The notes: generated from the sequence alone by a model not told the origin. A stretch of DNA of 64,000 nt from Octopus vulgaris (GCA_951406725.2 OX597819.1:83080001-83144000); one strand, 5' to 3'. Positions 13,507 through 26,851 are shown, counted from the stretch's first letter. Numbers and translations are program-made.

Positions 13507-14779
13507 GTATATGTGTGTGTGAGAGAGAGAAAGAGAAGTTAGATAGATACGTATACATACACATCCACATTAAGGATTGTGTAATCGTGCTTACATAAGC
13601 ATACACAATCATGCCTGCATATATTCATATAGACATGCACAATCATGTCTACAAATATTCATGCACCAATTATTTCAATTACTGCAATTTTGCTTATGTA
13701 AGATACAATTCAAAAAGGGTTATCAATTGTATTGATTTCAAAGAATGCAAACAAACTTTGTTTATACTTTTCAAGCATTACCAATGTGGCAGGCTGAAAG
13801 GAGCGTATGTGAAACGGAAACAAATTCATATTCTATCGTTATAACAGACAGACATACACACAAAGCGCGCACACATGTGTATGTATGTATGTATGTATGT
13901 ATGTATATGGTTCACTTTCATCCTTCCATCTTAGGTCAATAAAATAAGTAGCGAGTACAATAAAATCGACTATACATACACACACACACATATACATATC
14001 CATATATATATCTATATGTACGTATATATGTATATGCACACACACACACACACACACATTCAGGTGCAGCCCCGATATGAACCAGTGTCAAATAACAAAA
14101 CTAGCAGAAGAATTAAAAGACATTGCATTAAATCCAATATATAGATTTGCATGAAGATAGCGGATATATTAGTGTTTCTGAAGGCTCCTTTTAGAAATCT
14201 ATATCTTGCGTGTGTGTCACATAGTCTTGCTGTTTTTTTTTTGTTTTTTACTTGTTTGTTTTATGCTATATTTTTGAATAGAGGTTGGGAATCCTTGAAG
14301 GACTAACCGCGGCTTTTTGATGTGAGATAACGTTGTAGGCAATATTTTTGTAGATGTCAATGTATTTAAAGCGATTTCAATTTATTTAAAGCGAAAAGGC
14401 AACATTTTTGCGCATTTCAATATATTTAAAGCGAATTCTGTTAATTTTTTTCTTTACACTTGTAATTATCTCTAATTATCTGTTTAGCTTATACGAACAA
14501 ATGCAAGGAAATTTTCCAAAATAAAGAAATATAAAATAAAAGTTACGATGAAGACATTTATTTTCTATCTTCAACATTTTAACATTTTATTTTAGTTTCA
14601 TGCCTAACTATTTATTTGATGGCTTATAAAACTCCATAAGATGCCTAAAAGATCACCCCGAGTCCTATATGCGAAGTTGGGCGTCTTATATGCTAATTTT
14701 GTCCCTCACACTCATTAATTTTAACCCAAATGGTCTCTTCTGTCTAGCTTGATTCCATAGCGATAACATTTACTTTGAT

Positions 14780-14971
14780 TTGGCAGAATCGTTAATATGC
14801 CAGACAAAATACTCTCCAAAGATTTCGTCTGTCTTTACGTTTTGAGTTCAAATTCCGCTGAGGTTGACGTTGCCTTTATCATTACGGGGTCAATGAAATA
14901 AGAAGCAGTTGAGCTGTAACCGACTAGTATCCCACCCCTATTTCAAACCTTGTGCCTATAATAGAAAGAAT
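14780..14971 (+). mobile_element. SINE family A copy
   Basis: tggcagaatcgttaa...tttacgttttgagttcaaattccgctgaggttgac...ccttgtgcctataatagaaagaat. Confidence 0.7.
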
Positions 14972-15469
14972 TTCTACTTCTGCTACGAAAGGAGTTATCA
15001 TAACAATTGATCAGGTTTTTATGAAATGTACTCTACGTTGTTTTTACTTGCATGTTATATTACTGTAAAATGTTGGCTACTTTGACTATTGTGATTCCTT
15101 GCAATATGTTCAGCTGTACTGCTAACTTACTTTTTATACACCGGTAATGTTCTCTCCTATAGCTAAGGTACTTTTATAATATACCCTCCTATAGCAAATG
15201 TACTTTTGTAATATACTGCAAGACTGCTTTAAATATTAATTGTTTCAATGCACTAAAATCTTCCTCTACCAAAATGTGCACTAGTGGAAGGGGTCAAATA
15301 TGTCAATACGTCTTTTATGTCATCAAATGCCCTTGTTTGGCCGTGCTGGCAAAACTGACGGCGCATATGTCCATGTCATTATCGAATTGCTTTTAAAGAG
15401 AGTTTAAATATATATGTTCCCTTATTTCTACAATGAAAGTATTCTTGCATTATGGGGTAATGAAAAAAA

Positions 15470-18400
15470 TTACGATCCATCAACACCAGATCATCCCCGA
15501 CCCCAAACACCATGTACAAAGGAACTACGAAGAAATTAAATACCACCGATATTATTCAACCCAAGAATAACAATCGGAAGGTACGTACTTTAAACTTACA
15601 ACACAAAATGTACGAAAAACTACACGTGCAAAACAATGTGACAACAGAAATGAACGGACCGGTACCCTACGAAAATGGCGACCGTCAAAATAATGGGCCG
15701 GACGTTGTTCCTCATGTCCCGCAAATAAAACGCAAAAGACATAAATGGACACGTGAGGAATACATTTCTATCCTACACGCATACTTCACAGCAGTGCTCT
15801 ACCAAAAAAATGAAAACACAACAACACATACATATAAAATATGGAAGGAAAATAACATAAATATAGACGTGGATACAGCAATGAACCCTAATAAATTACC
15901 TAACGTACGAAGATACATTCTCAACGCAAAAAAAATATCAGAACTAGAAATAGAACATCTAAAAGAAAAAATACACCAGGAAAATGTAGATAGAAGCCAC
16001 ACAACAATGCCCAATAATATAAACACTGAAACAGTAAAACACGAAGACAAACGTAACATTCCCAACAAACACGATGTAAACAAAAAACAACAAACCCAGA
16101 CCGTAAGGATGCATAATAATACACGACAAACAGCAAGCAAAAACACGGCAAATAAACATATAAATAAGAAAGAAAGCGACACAAAGCTAAAACCTGGAAA
16201 CAACGAAGGGGAGCCTAATGATTATGATAATATAAAAAGTAAAATAATCAAAGAACTGAAAACCACAGAGCCCAAAATGGACCACCGACCATACCTCCCA
16301 AAAATCAAAATAGACGAAACAACAACACCAATTATAAACAGCATAAACCTAGCCGTCACGGAATTAATAGCCACTGAAACAAAAAGCGATATCACTGAGC
16401 TAAATGACTTAGTATACGCAGCAGCCATTGCAGCCACAAAAGAAGCTGGATACTCACTCAAACCCATCCAAACAGGAGTACCACCACCCAAACAAACCCT
16501 GTGGATAAATAACATCCAAAACAAAATACAAAAAATGAGAAAAGATCTGTCGATTCTTAATGAAATCAGTAGACAATCAACGCTACTGAGCAACAAAAAG
16601 AAAACAAAAATACTCCGCAAATATACCATCACAGAAAAAGATTTACCTGAGATAAAAGAAAAGCTGAAGCAAGATATCCTTGCCAAAGCACAAAGGATCC
16701 GCCGGTACGAGAAACGCCAGCGCTTCTTTGAATAAAACAAAAAGTTCAACTCCAACCCCAAAAACTTCTACCAAGAACTTGGCAAAAATAAAATAGAAAT
16801 CACTACAGCACCAACGGCAGAAGAAGTGGAAAAATTCTGGAGAGAAATATGGTCGGCGAACGGACAACCAAAAATAAGGAGTAGTAAAACAACAAACTCA
16901 GCATTTGAGCAACTTTGGACCCCATAACAACTGAAGAGGTCACCCAAGCACTGCAAAAACTAAGCAACTGGAAGGCACCTGGGCATGACAAGATCCCCAA
17001 CTTCTGGTTGAAATATCTAACAGGAATGCACAAAAAGCTAGCTGAAAACAACAACATACTAGCAGAGCCAGAGACAATGCCTGAATGGCTCACAAAGGGG
17101 AAAACCATCTTAATTCCCAAATCAAATGAGACAGGAAAACAAGAAAACTACAGACCAATAACCTGTCTCCCTACAATGTACAAGGCATTTACTGCAGTGA
17201 TATCGCAAAGGTTGAACAAGCACCTGGACGAAAACAACCTGTTCCCAGTAGAGCAGAAAGGATGCCGCAAAGACTCATATGGCTGTAAAGATCAACTAAT
17301 GATTAATAAAGCCATAACTGAAGACAGCCACAGAAAGAAGAAAGGCCTCAGTATGGCCTGGATCGACTACAAAAAGGCGTTTGATAGCATCCCCCACACA
17401 TGGATCCTCGAAACACTAGCCAATTAAAAAAGTAGCACCAACAATTATAAAATTCATAGGGTACTCTATGAATAAATGGCAAACAGTGCTACAGCTCCAA
17501 ACAAAAGAGGGACTCATGAAAACCAAAGCCATCCCCATTAGAAGAGGAATATTCCAGGGTGACACGCTCTCTCCACTCCTTTTCTGCTTGGCACTGTCAC
17601 CTCTATCTGATATGCTAAATAGAACTGGATGCGGATATAAATGTTACGACAAAACGATCAGCCACCTTTTATATATGGATGACCTAAAACTATACGCTGC
17701 AAAACGATCAGCCACCTTTTATATATGGATGACCTAAAACTATACGCTGCAAATGACAAACAGCTGGAAACACTATTAAAAACAGTTCATGGATTTACCA
17801 AAGAAATAGATATGAAATTTGGATTAGAAAAATGCGCCAAAGTAACCCTGAAAAGAGGAAAACTAGTTAAGAGTAGCAACATCACACTAGATAAAACCAA
17901 TGAAATAAAAGAATTAGACCAAAGCCAAACTTACAAATACTTAGGAATCCATGAACTAGATAAGACACAACACACACAAATGAAAGAGAAAATAAAAAAA
18001 GAATATTATAGACGAGTTAGATCAATACTAAAAACAGAGCTCAATGCTAAAAACAAGATAATAGGTATCAACACTTTAGCCGTCCCAGTTATAAGTTACA
18101 GCTACAATATCCTTAACTGGACACTAAATGAACTGACCAAAATAGATAGGAAAACAAGAAAAATAATGACAGGATCTAGGATGCATCACCCAAAATCTGA
18201 CATAGAAAGACTATATATACAACGTATAGAAGGTGGTAGAGGCCTTATACAGCTGGAAAACTACTATAAAATAACCACCATAGGACTGCAAAAATACCTA
18301 CTTCAGAAGGAAGGAAAACTGATACAAATAGCGGCCAAACACGAGCAAAACAAAAAACTGTTCTCAGTATTTAAGGAAGCTGACAAATACAAACAAGGAA

Positions 18401-19406
18401 TCATACCACCTAACAAATATGAAGAAGAAGAAGAAGAAGAAGAAGAAGAAGAAGAAGAAGAAGAAGAAGAAGAAGAAGAAGAAGAAGAAGAAGAAGAAGA
18501 AGAAGAAGAAGAAGAAGAAGAAGAAGAAGAAGAAGAAGAAGAAGAAGAAGAAGAAGAAGAAGAAAAGCTATAAAACAAATGAAATCCAAACTAAAAGTAG
18601 AACAGCAAAGAACCATGATAAAATGATGGCAAGAAAAGCCCCTTCATGGTAAATACTGGACTAGAAAAATCCCAGCAATGGTTGAGAAGCTCAGGACTCA
18701 AAGCAGAGACAGAGGGATTTTTAATTGCAGCACAAGACCAAAGCCTAAAGAAATATAACAAGTAACTGCAGAATATGTGGAGATGGACAAGAAACAATAA
18801 ATCATATTATCTCTGGCTGCCCAGTCCTGGCTAAGAAGGAATATATTCACAGACACGACAGAGTTGGGACCTATATACACTGGAATCTATGCCAACATTA
18901 TGGAATAACAACAGAAAAAAGATGGTATAGGCACACACCAGAAAAGGTCACAGAAAACGAGAAAGCAACCATACTCTGGGATATGCCAATACACACAGAT
19001 AGATAAATTAAGGCCAACAGACCAGATATAGTTGCCAGAGATCATGAAGAGATACCGGCAGATGACAATATGTCTCTAAAAAGAAATGGAGAAACTCTCA
19101 AAATACAAAGACCTGGAAATAGAGGTAACCAGAATGTGGAATCTAAAAACAGAAACAATTCCTATCATAGTAGGTGCATTAGGCATGATAAAAAAATATT
19201 CAGACAAATACATAACAAAAACACCAGGACTTACAAACACATATAACATACAGAAAATTGCACTACTGGGCACAGCACACAACATACGCAGAACAATTTC
19301 CATACAATAACCATCAGAGCATCACAACAAATCACAGCACATACCCAAGGCACACAGAGCTGCGCTCGGTAGTGAAGTGAAAGCACGCTATAAAAATAAA
19401 ACTACG

Positions 19407-19408
<2 letters not shown>
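15470..19408 (+). mobile_element. Near full-length R4/Dong-clade non-LTR retrotransposon (RT plus restriction-like endonuclease), inactivated
   Basis: N-terminal RHKWTREE motif. RT motifs KAPGHD, NYRPITCLPTMYK, EQKGCR, IDYKKAFDSIPH, GIFQGDTLSPLLF, LYMDDLKL, YKYLGI, GGRGL. Zn-knuckle remnant and RLE motifs RHD, NRPDIV, EKLSKYKDL. 3' UTR ends in (TAA)n. Multiple stops and frameshifts. Confidence 0.92.
18421..18563 (+). repeat. (GAA)~48 microsatellite inside the R4/Dong ORF
   Basis: Pure GAA run giving poly-Glu, followed by a frameshift. Confidence 0.95.
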
Positions 19409-19469
<61 letters not shown>

Positions 19470-20491
19470 GTACGGCAACTATTGTTGCAAAGAAGGTGAA
19501 AATGATGGCAATGAAAAAAGCGCACGAGCAATTGGCTGATAGGTGGGAGGAGAAACCTCTGCACGGCAAATATGTGACCCGCAGCAAACAAGCTGATGCT
19601 GACCAGAAGCAAACCCATCAGTGGCTACGGAGCTCAGGGCTAAAAGCAGAGAGCGAAGGTTTCATCCTGGCTGCTCAAGACCAAAGCCTATTAACCCGGA
19701 ACTACCAGGCCAATGTGATGAAAAATGGAGCAGACCCAAAATGCCGATTCTGCAACGACATGATTGAAACAGTGGACCACCTAATCTCTGGATGTAAAGT
19801 CTTAGCACCAGTGGAGTATAAATTAAGACATGACAGAGTTGGCCAATATCTCCACTGGCTAATAAGTCGGCATTACAATATCAAAACTGCCGACAAGTGG
19901 TATAATCACCACCCTGAGGCTGTAACTGAAGGAGAAAATGTAACCATTCTGTGGGACTTTCCAGTACATACAGACCGAACCATCAAGGCCAATAAACCAG
20001 ATATTGTTGTGAAAGACCAAAACAATAAAGTTTGCTTATTGATCGACATGAGCATCCCCTGTGATCATAATATCTCAGCGAAAGAGTTTGACAAGCTCAG
20101 AAAATATAAAGACCTACTCATTGAAATTGAGAAAATGTGGCATCTCAAGGCGGTTACAATACCAGTGATCGTAGGAGCACTAGGAATGATCAAGAAGGGA
20201 ACCGAAAATTATATGAGAATGATCCCTGGCTTACCATCCCTGCAAGAAGTGCAAAAGATTGTCTTAACTGGTACATCACACGTATTGAGAAGAGCATTGT
20301 CGATGTGAGAACTGTTGCTGCTCATGTATTTTAATTTAACTTTAAAAAAAAAAAAAAAATTAAAAAAAAATTAACGAACTACTGAGTTTGCTTTAATGGC
20401 CTACCAATATACACTATGAGTTTCTTTGCCCTAGGAGTCGGGAAGACACTCGGCAAGAAATGGAAGAAAATTTGAAAGAAGAAAAAAAAAA

Positions 20492-20492
<1 letters not shown>
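19470..20492 (+). mobile_element. 5'-truncated second R4/Dong-family element (different subfamily) with an intact 270-aa C-terminal ORF
   Basis: ORF 19496-20308: CRFC...ETVDHLISGC (CCHC), RHDRV, ILWDF, NKPDIV, LIDMSIP, KLRKYKDL. Flanked by (TAA)n on both sides. Confidence 0.9.
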
Positions 20493-20523
<31 letters not shown>

Positions 20524-21130
20524 CAATTCTTTTATTGGCCACAAGGGCTGACAAAAATTAAGTATAACATAAAAGGGACAAAACAGGACGAAATGTTACA
20601 AAGGGTTTTGTCCGTTTGTGAAAAAAACGAGTAAAAAGCAGTTTAACAACGAAAATATAACAAAGAAAAACTCCCAAAAGGGGGAGGCGTTACGAAAGGT
20701 TCCTGGTGGAAAAAAACCATAAAAGCCAACGGGAACCAGGACAAAAGTGGGGTAGAGAGCCCCTTTCTCTTTTTATATTACCTTTTTAAATCACAGGTGT
20801 AACCTCAGAATGGCTCCTTTCATACTAGCCATTCTTGCGACATTTATCCACCTTTCAGCAAACTTGCTATCGGACAGCACTTTCCTCTCTACTCTTACCT
20901 TCCTTTTCAAGTGGAACTTAAAAAAGTTGATGAGGCCTGGGCCAAAGAGGAAAATGTCTGACCTTAGCCCTTTCAAACGGGTCCACCATACCACCTCTTT
21001 CGCTACAGCCACTAGGCAAAGGAAAACTGCCTTGCACTCCCGGTTAAAGGAGGTCGGCGGGGCAATCTTCACTATGGATTCAGCTGATAGCCGGATCCAT
21101 CCTATACGCGACAGTAGCTGTTCGACATAA
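20524..21130 (-). mobile_element. 3' end of an L1/Tx1-like LINE
   Basis: YVEQLL...LVAVAKEVVWWTR...FFKFHLKRKVRVER...FAERW fits the L1/Tx1 ORF2 C-terminus. T-rich 3' UTR with AATAAA before the (ATT)n tail. Confidence 0.65.
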
Positions 21131-21141
21131 AATATTATTAT

Positions 21142-21200
<59 letters not shown>

Positions 21201-21231
21201 CAACAACAACAACAACAACAATAATAATAAC

Positions 21232-21330
<99 letters not shown>

Positions 21331-21353
21331 AATAATAATAATAATGATAATAA

Positions 21354-21899
21354 TTGCCCTGATGCAGTACCAGGCAGTGGTTCTCATGGCTTCTGATCTT
21401 AACTGATTGGAAGTGTTATCATGTACATTGTTTTGTCTTGGTATAAAAGTTGAGCTACAGCAAATATTCTGATCAATACCACAGATTTGCTTGTCAGTTG
21501 TTTCACCTTAACCTGTTGAGCATGTCCCTTAGTGGCTGACGAAATGTGCATCTCTGATCACGAGCAGAAGTAGTGGGGGAGCATCATAGCCATGTGTTGA
21601 GAGGAATTCTTGGGGGTTTGAATAATTCACCTTTGGCAACATGGGTGTTTCGTTCAACATCCTTAAACAACCCCTATTCTGGGACCTTTTGAGTGGGATG
21701 GGTTACTCGACCAGAAGAAAATTCTAACTGGGCCCCACCTGCAAGGTCATGTGCTGTTTATCTTGATCTGAGATCACTATGTCGCGCACATATGGTTGTG
21801 AAGCATGTGCCTTATCAGACGGGTAGTCATGATGGGTATACTGGGCTTCGTATATTTTACCCCAATGTCACTTTGATCGCATGCACTGCTCTCTCACTC

Positions 21900-21900
<1 letters not shown>
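21354..21900 (+). mobile_element. Non-coding ~550-bp interspersed element bounded by (TAA)n arrays
   Basis: Higher GC than the flanks, sharp boundaries at microsatellites, no recognisable protein. Class and strand are uncertain. Confidence 0.45.
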
Positions 21901-21985
<85 letters not shown>

Positions 21986-22016
21986 TAACATGAGAACCCA
22001 GGTTCGAAATTTCCCC

Positions 22017-22068
22017 AAGTCACCTGATAAAGACTGGAGGGTATATCAGCCGAAACGTTGTATTAACA
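22017..22068 (+). ncRNA. Degenerate minimal hammerhead-like motif in a short repeat after the last TAA array
   Basis: CAC-CTGATAA-A-GACTG-GAGGGTATAT-CAGCC-GAAAC-GTT-GT. G8A in the core and a mismatched stem II. Confidence 0.45.
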
Positions 22069-22737
22069 ACAAACAAGATGTGTTAAAACAATTGTAGTGA
22101 AATACAAAAAACCATGTTCAATCCACCTAACTATTTCTGTTATGGGTATATTTATGGGTATCTATCGATTTCCACATGTATGTATGTGTGCATATGGATG
22201 AATGTTTGTGTATATGTATGATGTGTGTGTGTGTGTATGTGTATATGTATGCGGGTGCCTGTGTGTGTGTATGTGTGCACGCGCGCATGTATTACTAGAT
22301 AATAACATCAGTAAATGCTAAAGTTGAAGAAAAGTTTGCATATTTTTGTTGTACTACTTACATACTAAATTTGTAGAAAGTGTGTACTTTTCATAAGGCA
22401 TTCAGTAAAATAACCTTGTGCTACTTTAATTACAGGTGCATTGCGAATTATCTTCAAAGTAGTGAAGACTCTAAGATATTCGTACATATTTTCTTTCTCA
22501 TCGATTTTGAAAGTTATACTTATATCCGTGTAAAAGCTAGCTTCTATATCAGTACATATTCATTGTCTGGTTGTGTGTGTTTTTTGTCCTAAACGCATAC
22601 ATCAGGTTCATGGTTAAATGTAACGAATATTTTGGTATTAATATTGCTTCAATCTTCTCTGTTACTGGTATATATAAATGTATTTACAATGGGACAAAAG
22701 TTTTCCCGATCGTTTTCAGTGATCTGCAAATATGGAA

Positions 22738-23110
22738 GCACTCCGTCGGTTACGACGATGAGGGTTCCGGTTGATCCGATCAACGGAACAGCCTGCTCGT
22801 GAAATTAACGTGTAAGTGGCTGAGCACTCCACAGACACGTGTACCCTTAACGTAGTTCTCGGGGATATTCAGCGTGACACAGAGAGTGACAAGGCCGGCC
22901 CTTTGAAATACAGGTACAACAGAAACAGGAAGTAAGAGTGAGAGAAAGATGTGGTGAAAGAGTACAGCAGGGATCACCACCATCCCTGCCGGAGCCTCGT
23001 GGAACTTTAGGTGTTTTCGCTCAATAAACACTCACAACGCCCGGTCTGGGAATCGAAACCGCGATCCTACGACCGCGAGTCCGCTGCCCTAACCACTGGG
23101 CCATTGCGCG
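22738..23110 (-). mobile_element. tRNA-derived SINE family B, full length
   Basis: A box TGGCCCAGTGG, B box GGTTTCGATTCC, 3' body shared with 48157 and 49375. Confidence 0.88.
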
Positions 23111-23404
23111 TTCCGCTCTGCAAATATAACCGGTTAGAAAAAAGAAATACTTGCGCGTACGCGCGCGCACACACACACACACATACACACACGCGCGCGC
23201 GCACACAATACAGCTTGTGTAAAAGGATGTAAAGTTAGGGTAGTTTGCATGAATAAACATGCAGTCACGAAACAAACACTGTATGAAGTGAAGCGGAAAA
23301 AAAAGCAAGGAAATCAATTGTGTCATAGCAGTGCTGAATTAAACAAAGCTTGAATTTATTTTATGAGAAGGATATTCATAGAGGAGCGTTCATTTCACAA
23401 GTAA

Positions 23405-23543
23405 CCTCCATTGGTTGCATTTGGAGAAGAATTGCTTTAAATACTATATACGCTTTAGGTGTAGTGTATACACTGATACGTCATTATATACAGGTACATA
23501 AATAAGGTACCTGGGGGAAGACTTGCTGTTTCGTGGTTGAACG
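23405..23543 (+). promoter_or_regulatory. Candidate core promoter/5' UTR of the secreted protein gene
   Basis: ATTGG (reverse CCAAT) near 23410, CRE-like TACGTCA near 23477, TATA-like CATAAATA near 23497, 40-130 bp upstream of the ATG. Motifs alone are weak evidence. Confidence 0.3.
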
Positions 23544-23595
23544 ATGATTTCAAGAATGAATTTTGTTTTCCTTGCGCCGTTTCTGCTTTTTGCAG
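23544..23595 (+). CDS. Exon 1 (coding part) of a putative secreted cysteine-rich repeat protein; encodes MISRMNFVFLAPFLLFA, the signal peptide h-region
   Basis: ATG at 23544, 17 codons plus 1 nt, strong donor CAG|GTACGT. Phase 1 joins exon 2 in frame to give ...LLFAVVGA/GK, a classic signal peptide with a VGA cleavage motif. Confidence 0.75.
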
Positions 23596-23705
23596 GTACG
23601 TTGAATTTTATTTAATTTCCAAGTCTCAACTCACACACACACACACACACAAATAAGCACAGACATATGTTCGTATGTATGTGTTAGTGTGTGTGTGTAT
23701 ATTTA

Positions 23706-23821
<116 letters not shown>

Positions 23822-24699
23822 CATACACACATACATATATACATGTATATATGTATATAAATGTATACCTATATATACATATATATGTATATGTTCAAAT
23901 ATGTGCATGTCAGTATATATATATATATATATACAGTGAGAGAGTCACTCACAGACATACACACTCATACGCACACACCCAGGCTAACAAATCTGCATTC
24001 ACCACTTTACTTCTTGAATAATTATCCGCATGACGTTTTAGCTGACGCCTGATGCTATTTTGTAGTAAACGCTAAGATATCTAGCTGTTGTATTTTGAAT
24101 AGAATATAATTGGTAAGAAGTGGTGTTAGTCAAAAATAGTATGCAAGAAACCTTTCCACAAAAGGCTTCTTATATCCGTGTTTTTGTTTTTACATATTTA
24201 TCCTTATTGGAGAATTTGTCCTGCAGTTTTGATGGAAAGGACATCGCTAATATAATCTTGCAGTATTGTATTTAGTTAATATGCAAAAGTGAATGCAAAT
24301 TATATAATTTACTTTTCTGTTCATAGTAATTCTTGGGTAGAGAAACACTTTAGTCAGCAGTCTTCCCAGTTTAGTAACTATTCTATTATATATTTCATTG
24401 TCCGTAGAATCGGATATAACAGAATATATAAATTTGAAATTTATGTTTTCCGAGTGTTGTCAGACATTTTTTAGGTTTAATTATATTTTCATCAGAGAAT
24501 GATAGAAATTGAAGTGATCATAATAAATGCCTTAAAAGTAAAGGTTTTGAACTTAGACCTAAACGTGCTAAGCTAATGTTAAGTATTTAGCTAGTTTTCA
24601 GATTAATTGCTGGATTGAGCCTCATGTATCACAAGACTTAAGAAACATGACTTGATTTAAAGATATATGTATATACACGCAACACACACACACATATAC

Positions 24700-25098
24700 A
24701 GGGTTAAGGACTGGGTCACCAAATGGGTTAACCTTATCTTCGGACGAGCAGTGAAAAAGTACTTTCTGGAGAACTATCCTTCTCTCAAGGCCCTCCTACT
24801 CCTCGACAATGCTCCTGCTCATCCTCCTAACCTCGAATATGATATCCTGGATGAATTTAAATTCATAAAAGTTTTGTACTTTTTACGGAACACCACCCCT
24901 ACCTTGTAGCCCACGAACCTGCAGGTGATTTCTAATTATAAGAAATTGTACACCTGTTTCGTTGGTACTTGAAAGTCATTGAAAATATAAATAAAGGCAG
25001 ACTTCTCTCGATATTTTTCTAATGAAATGACCTGCAATCGTGAAAAGTGAAGAAAGCCTAAATTAAGCGAAGAGAGATAGAGATAGAGATAGAAATAG

Positions 25099-25150
<52 letters not shown>

Positions 25151-25475
25151 CGCCAGAAATTGTTCTTCCTGAACTCTTAAACGATGATCCTCCTCCCCAC
25201 ACCATCGTCTTTCTCGTGCACAAATCGTCCCACTTTTAAAGTAATTAAATTAATTAAACCAGTTTACATATTCCTTTTGCGTTCTCTTTTATGTTTTTAG
25301 ATTGTTATTTTCCTTGAAAATTCACTTTTTCTGTTTTAAAACCCATTAGTGGTTTTTGGGGACTGGAACGGATTATTTATATCCTAATTCAATGGGGAAA
25401 ATTGATTTGGAAAACGAGTAAACTTTGAAACGAGCTCGGTCATGGAACGAATTAAACTCGTACTGAACGACATCA

Positions 25476-25478
<3 letters not shown>
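24700..25478 (+). mobile_element. pogo/Tigger DDE remnant with right-hand TIR
   Basis: KALLLLDNAPAHP...FIKVLYFLRNTT (DDE_1 motif). Ends ...CACTG|TA at about 25478. Confidence 0.75.
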
Positions 25479-25556
<78 letters not shown>

Positions 25557-25654
25557 TATTCAACATACACATACGTATGCAATATGTACGTATGTGTGTG
25601 TGTTTGTGTGTATGAGAAAGAGATAGATAGAGAGAGAGAAATATTGACTGTGAA

Positions 25655-25875
25655 GCAAACGGAGAACAAGCCTCTGTACCTACATACAGAACTTGAAAGA
25701 GAAAAACATCACATCACACCATCTACTGGAAAATCTTGGCAAAGGACAAAACTTATGCCAACGGGAGCAGAAATTGCGAGATCTGCAGTACAGAAATGTG
25801 CCCCCCCCCAACGAAGAACTCATTGGACTCCACTACATGTTTAAATGCTAAAAATGAAGTCTTTGCTACCTGCCC
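25655..25875 (+). mobile_element. Penelope-like GIY-YIG endonuclease C-terminal remnant
   Basis: WKILAKDKTYANGSRNCEICSTE...CLNAKNEVFATCP matches the W.IL...Y....C.LC..E....LN...E....C pattern. Confidence 0.6.
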
Positions 25876-25987
25876 GCCTGCCTCGTATATTGTGATCCTT
25901 TATATATATTTTTTACATGCTCTTATATATTTTTCATTTTTTATTTTTCATTTTCATTTTAATCTTTACTTAGGAGTAGACCCCACC

Positions 25988-26021
<34 letters not shown>

Positions 26022-26390
26022 AGTTTATGATATATATATATATATGGGAAGGTGAGCGTAAACATAATTATGTGTAAGCGTATAAATGTATGTATAAGTG
26101 CAAATATATATGCATGTGTGTATACATATATGTGTATGCAATGTGTGTGGGCGTATGCGTGTGTGCATTATTCATGAGTGCGTGGTTTCTTTTAATGTGT
26201 TACGGGAAATTTCGATTTAATTTAAATTTATTTTTCATTGCTTTTAGATTCAATTTTTCATTATTAATTTTTTAATTATTTATTTTATTTTATTTTCGTT
26301 GGTTTTTAAGTAATAATTTTTTAATCGTTCAAATTTTGCTTTGTAATTTTTCGATTGTATATTTCAATTCATTTAAAATCCTTTTTACAA

Positions 26391-26540
26391 TATTGGGTTG
26401 TCCGGAAATTTCGTGCCGATTTATAGTAGCTTACTTTTCGACTTATTTTAAAACATGGTTGAGTCAATAACATAGGATTTGACTACACCTCCATTTAGAG
26501 CTTAGTTTAAGCTATCTTTTCGTGCAATAAAGTTTATTAG
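26391..26540 (+). mobile_element. Mariner-type left end (TIR only)
   Basis: TATTGGGTTGTCCGGAAATTTCGTGCCGATTT terminus; no partner TIR seen. Confidence 0.4.
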
Positions 26541-26643
26541 CGCGCAAAAATGTTTGGTCATCAATTTACATAAACTTCATTTACATAAACCTATGTTGTA
26601 CACATACAAATTCAAGAGCATTTACATGTATACAAAAGTAAAT

Positions 26644-26851
26644 ATCCGCGTGGATGCAGAAAAGTTCCTGGTTTTGGGTAAAAGAAAATCAAGTGGAGGT
26701 GATTATTCAACATATTCTCCTCCCAGATTCACGCATTTATTGAAGTGGTCTTTCAGCTTTTCTCAACCCTGTAAAAGAACTCGGAAGGATGAGCCTCCAG
26801 TCAGGCTTTTCGCAATCTTTTAAAACTAGGAACCTTTCTGTCCCCTCCCGA
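26644..26851. mobile_element. Diverged mariner-derived MITE (same family as 39783-39998)
   Basis: gaaaagttcctggttttgggtaaaagaaaat...aaaactaggaacctttc; internal similarity to the 39.8-kb copy. Confidence 0.65.

Noticed and set aside
15290-15470. HDV-like ribozyme at the 5' end of the R4/Dong element
   Set aside because: No nested double pseudoknot could be built by eye.
23035-23110. tRNA gene-like A/B boxes (also 48400-48476 and 30545-30616)
   Set aside because: They are SINE heads continuing into repeat bodies; no complete cloverleaf.
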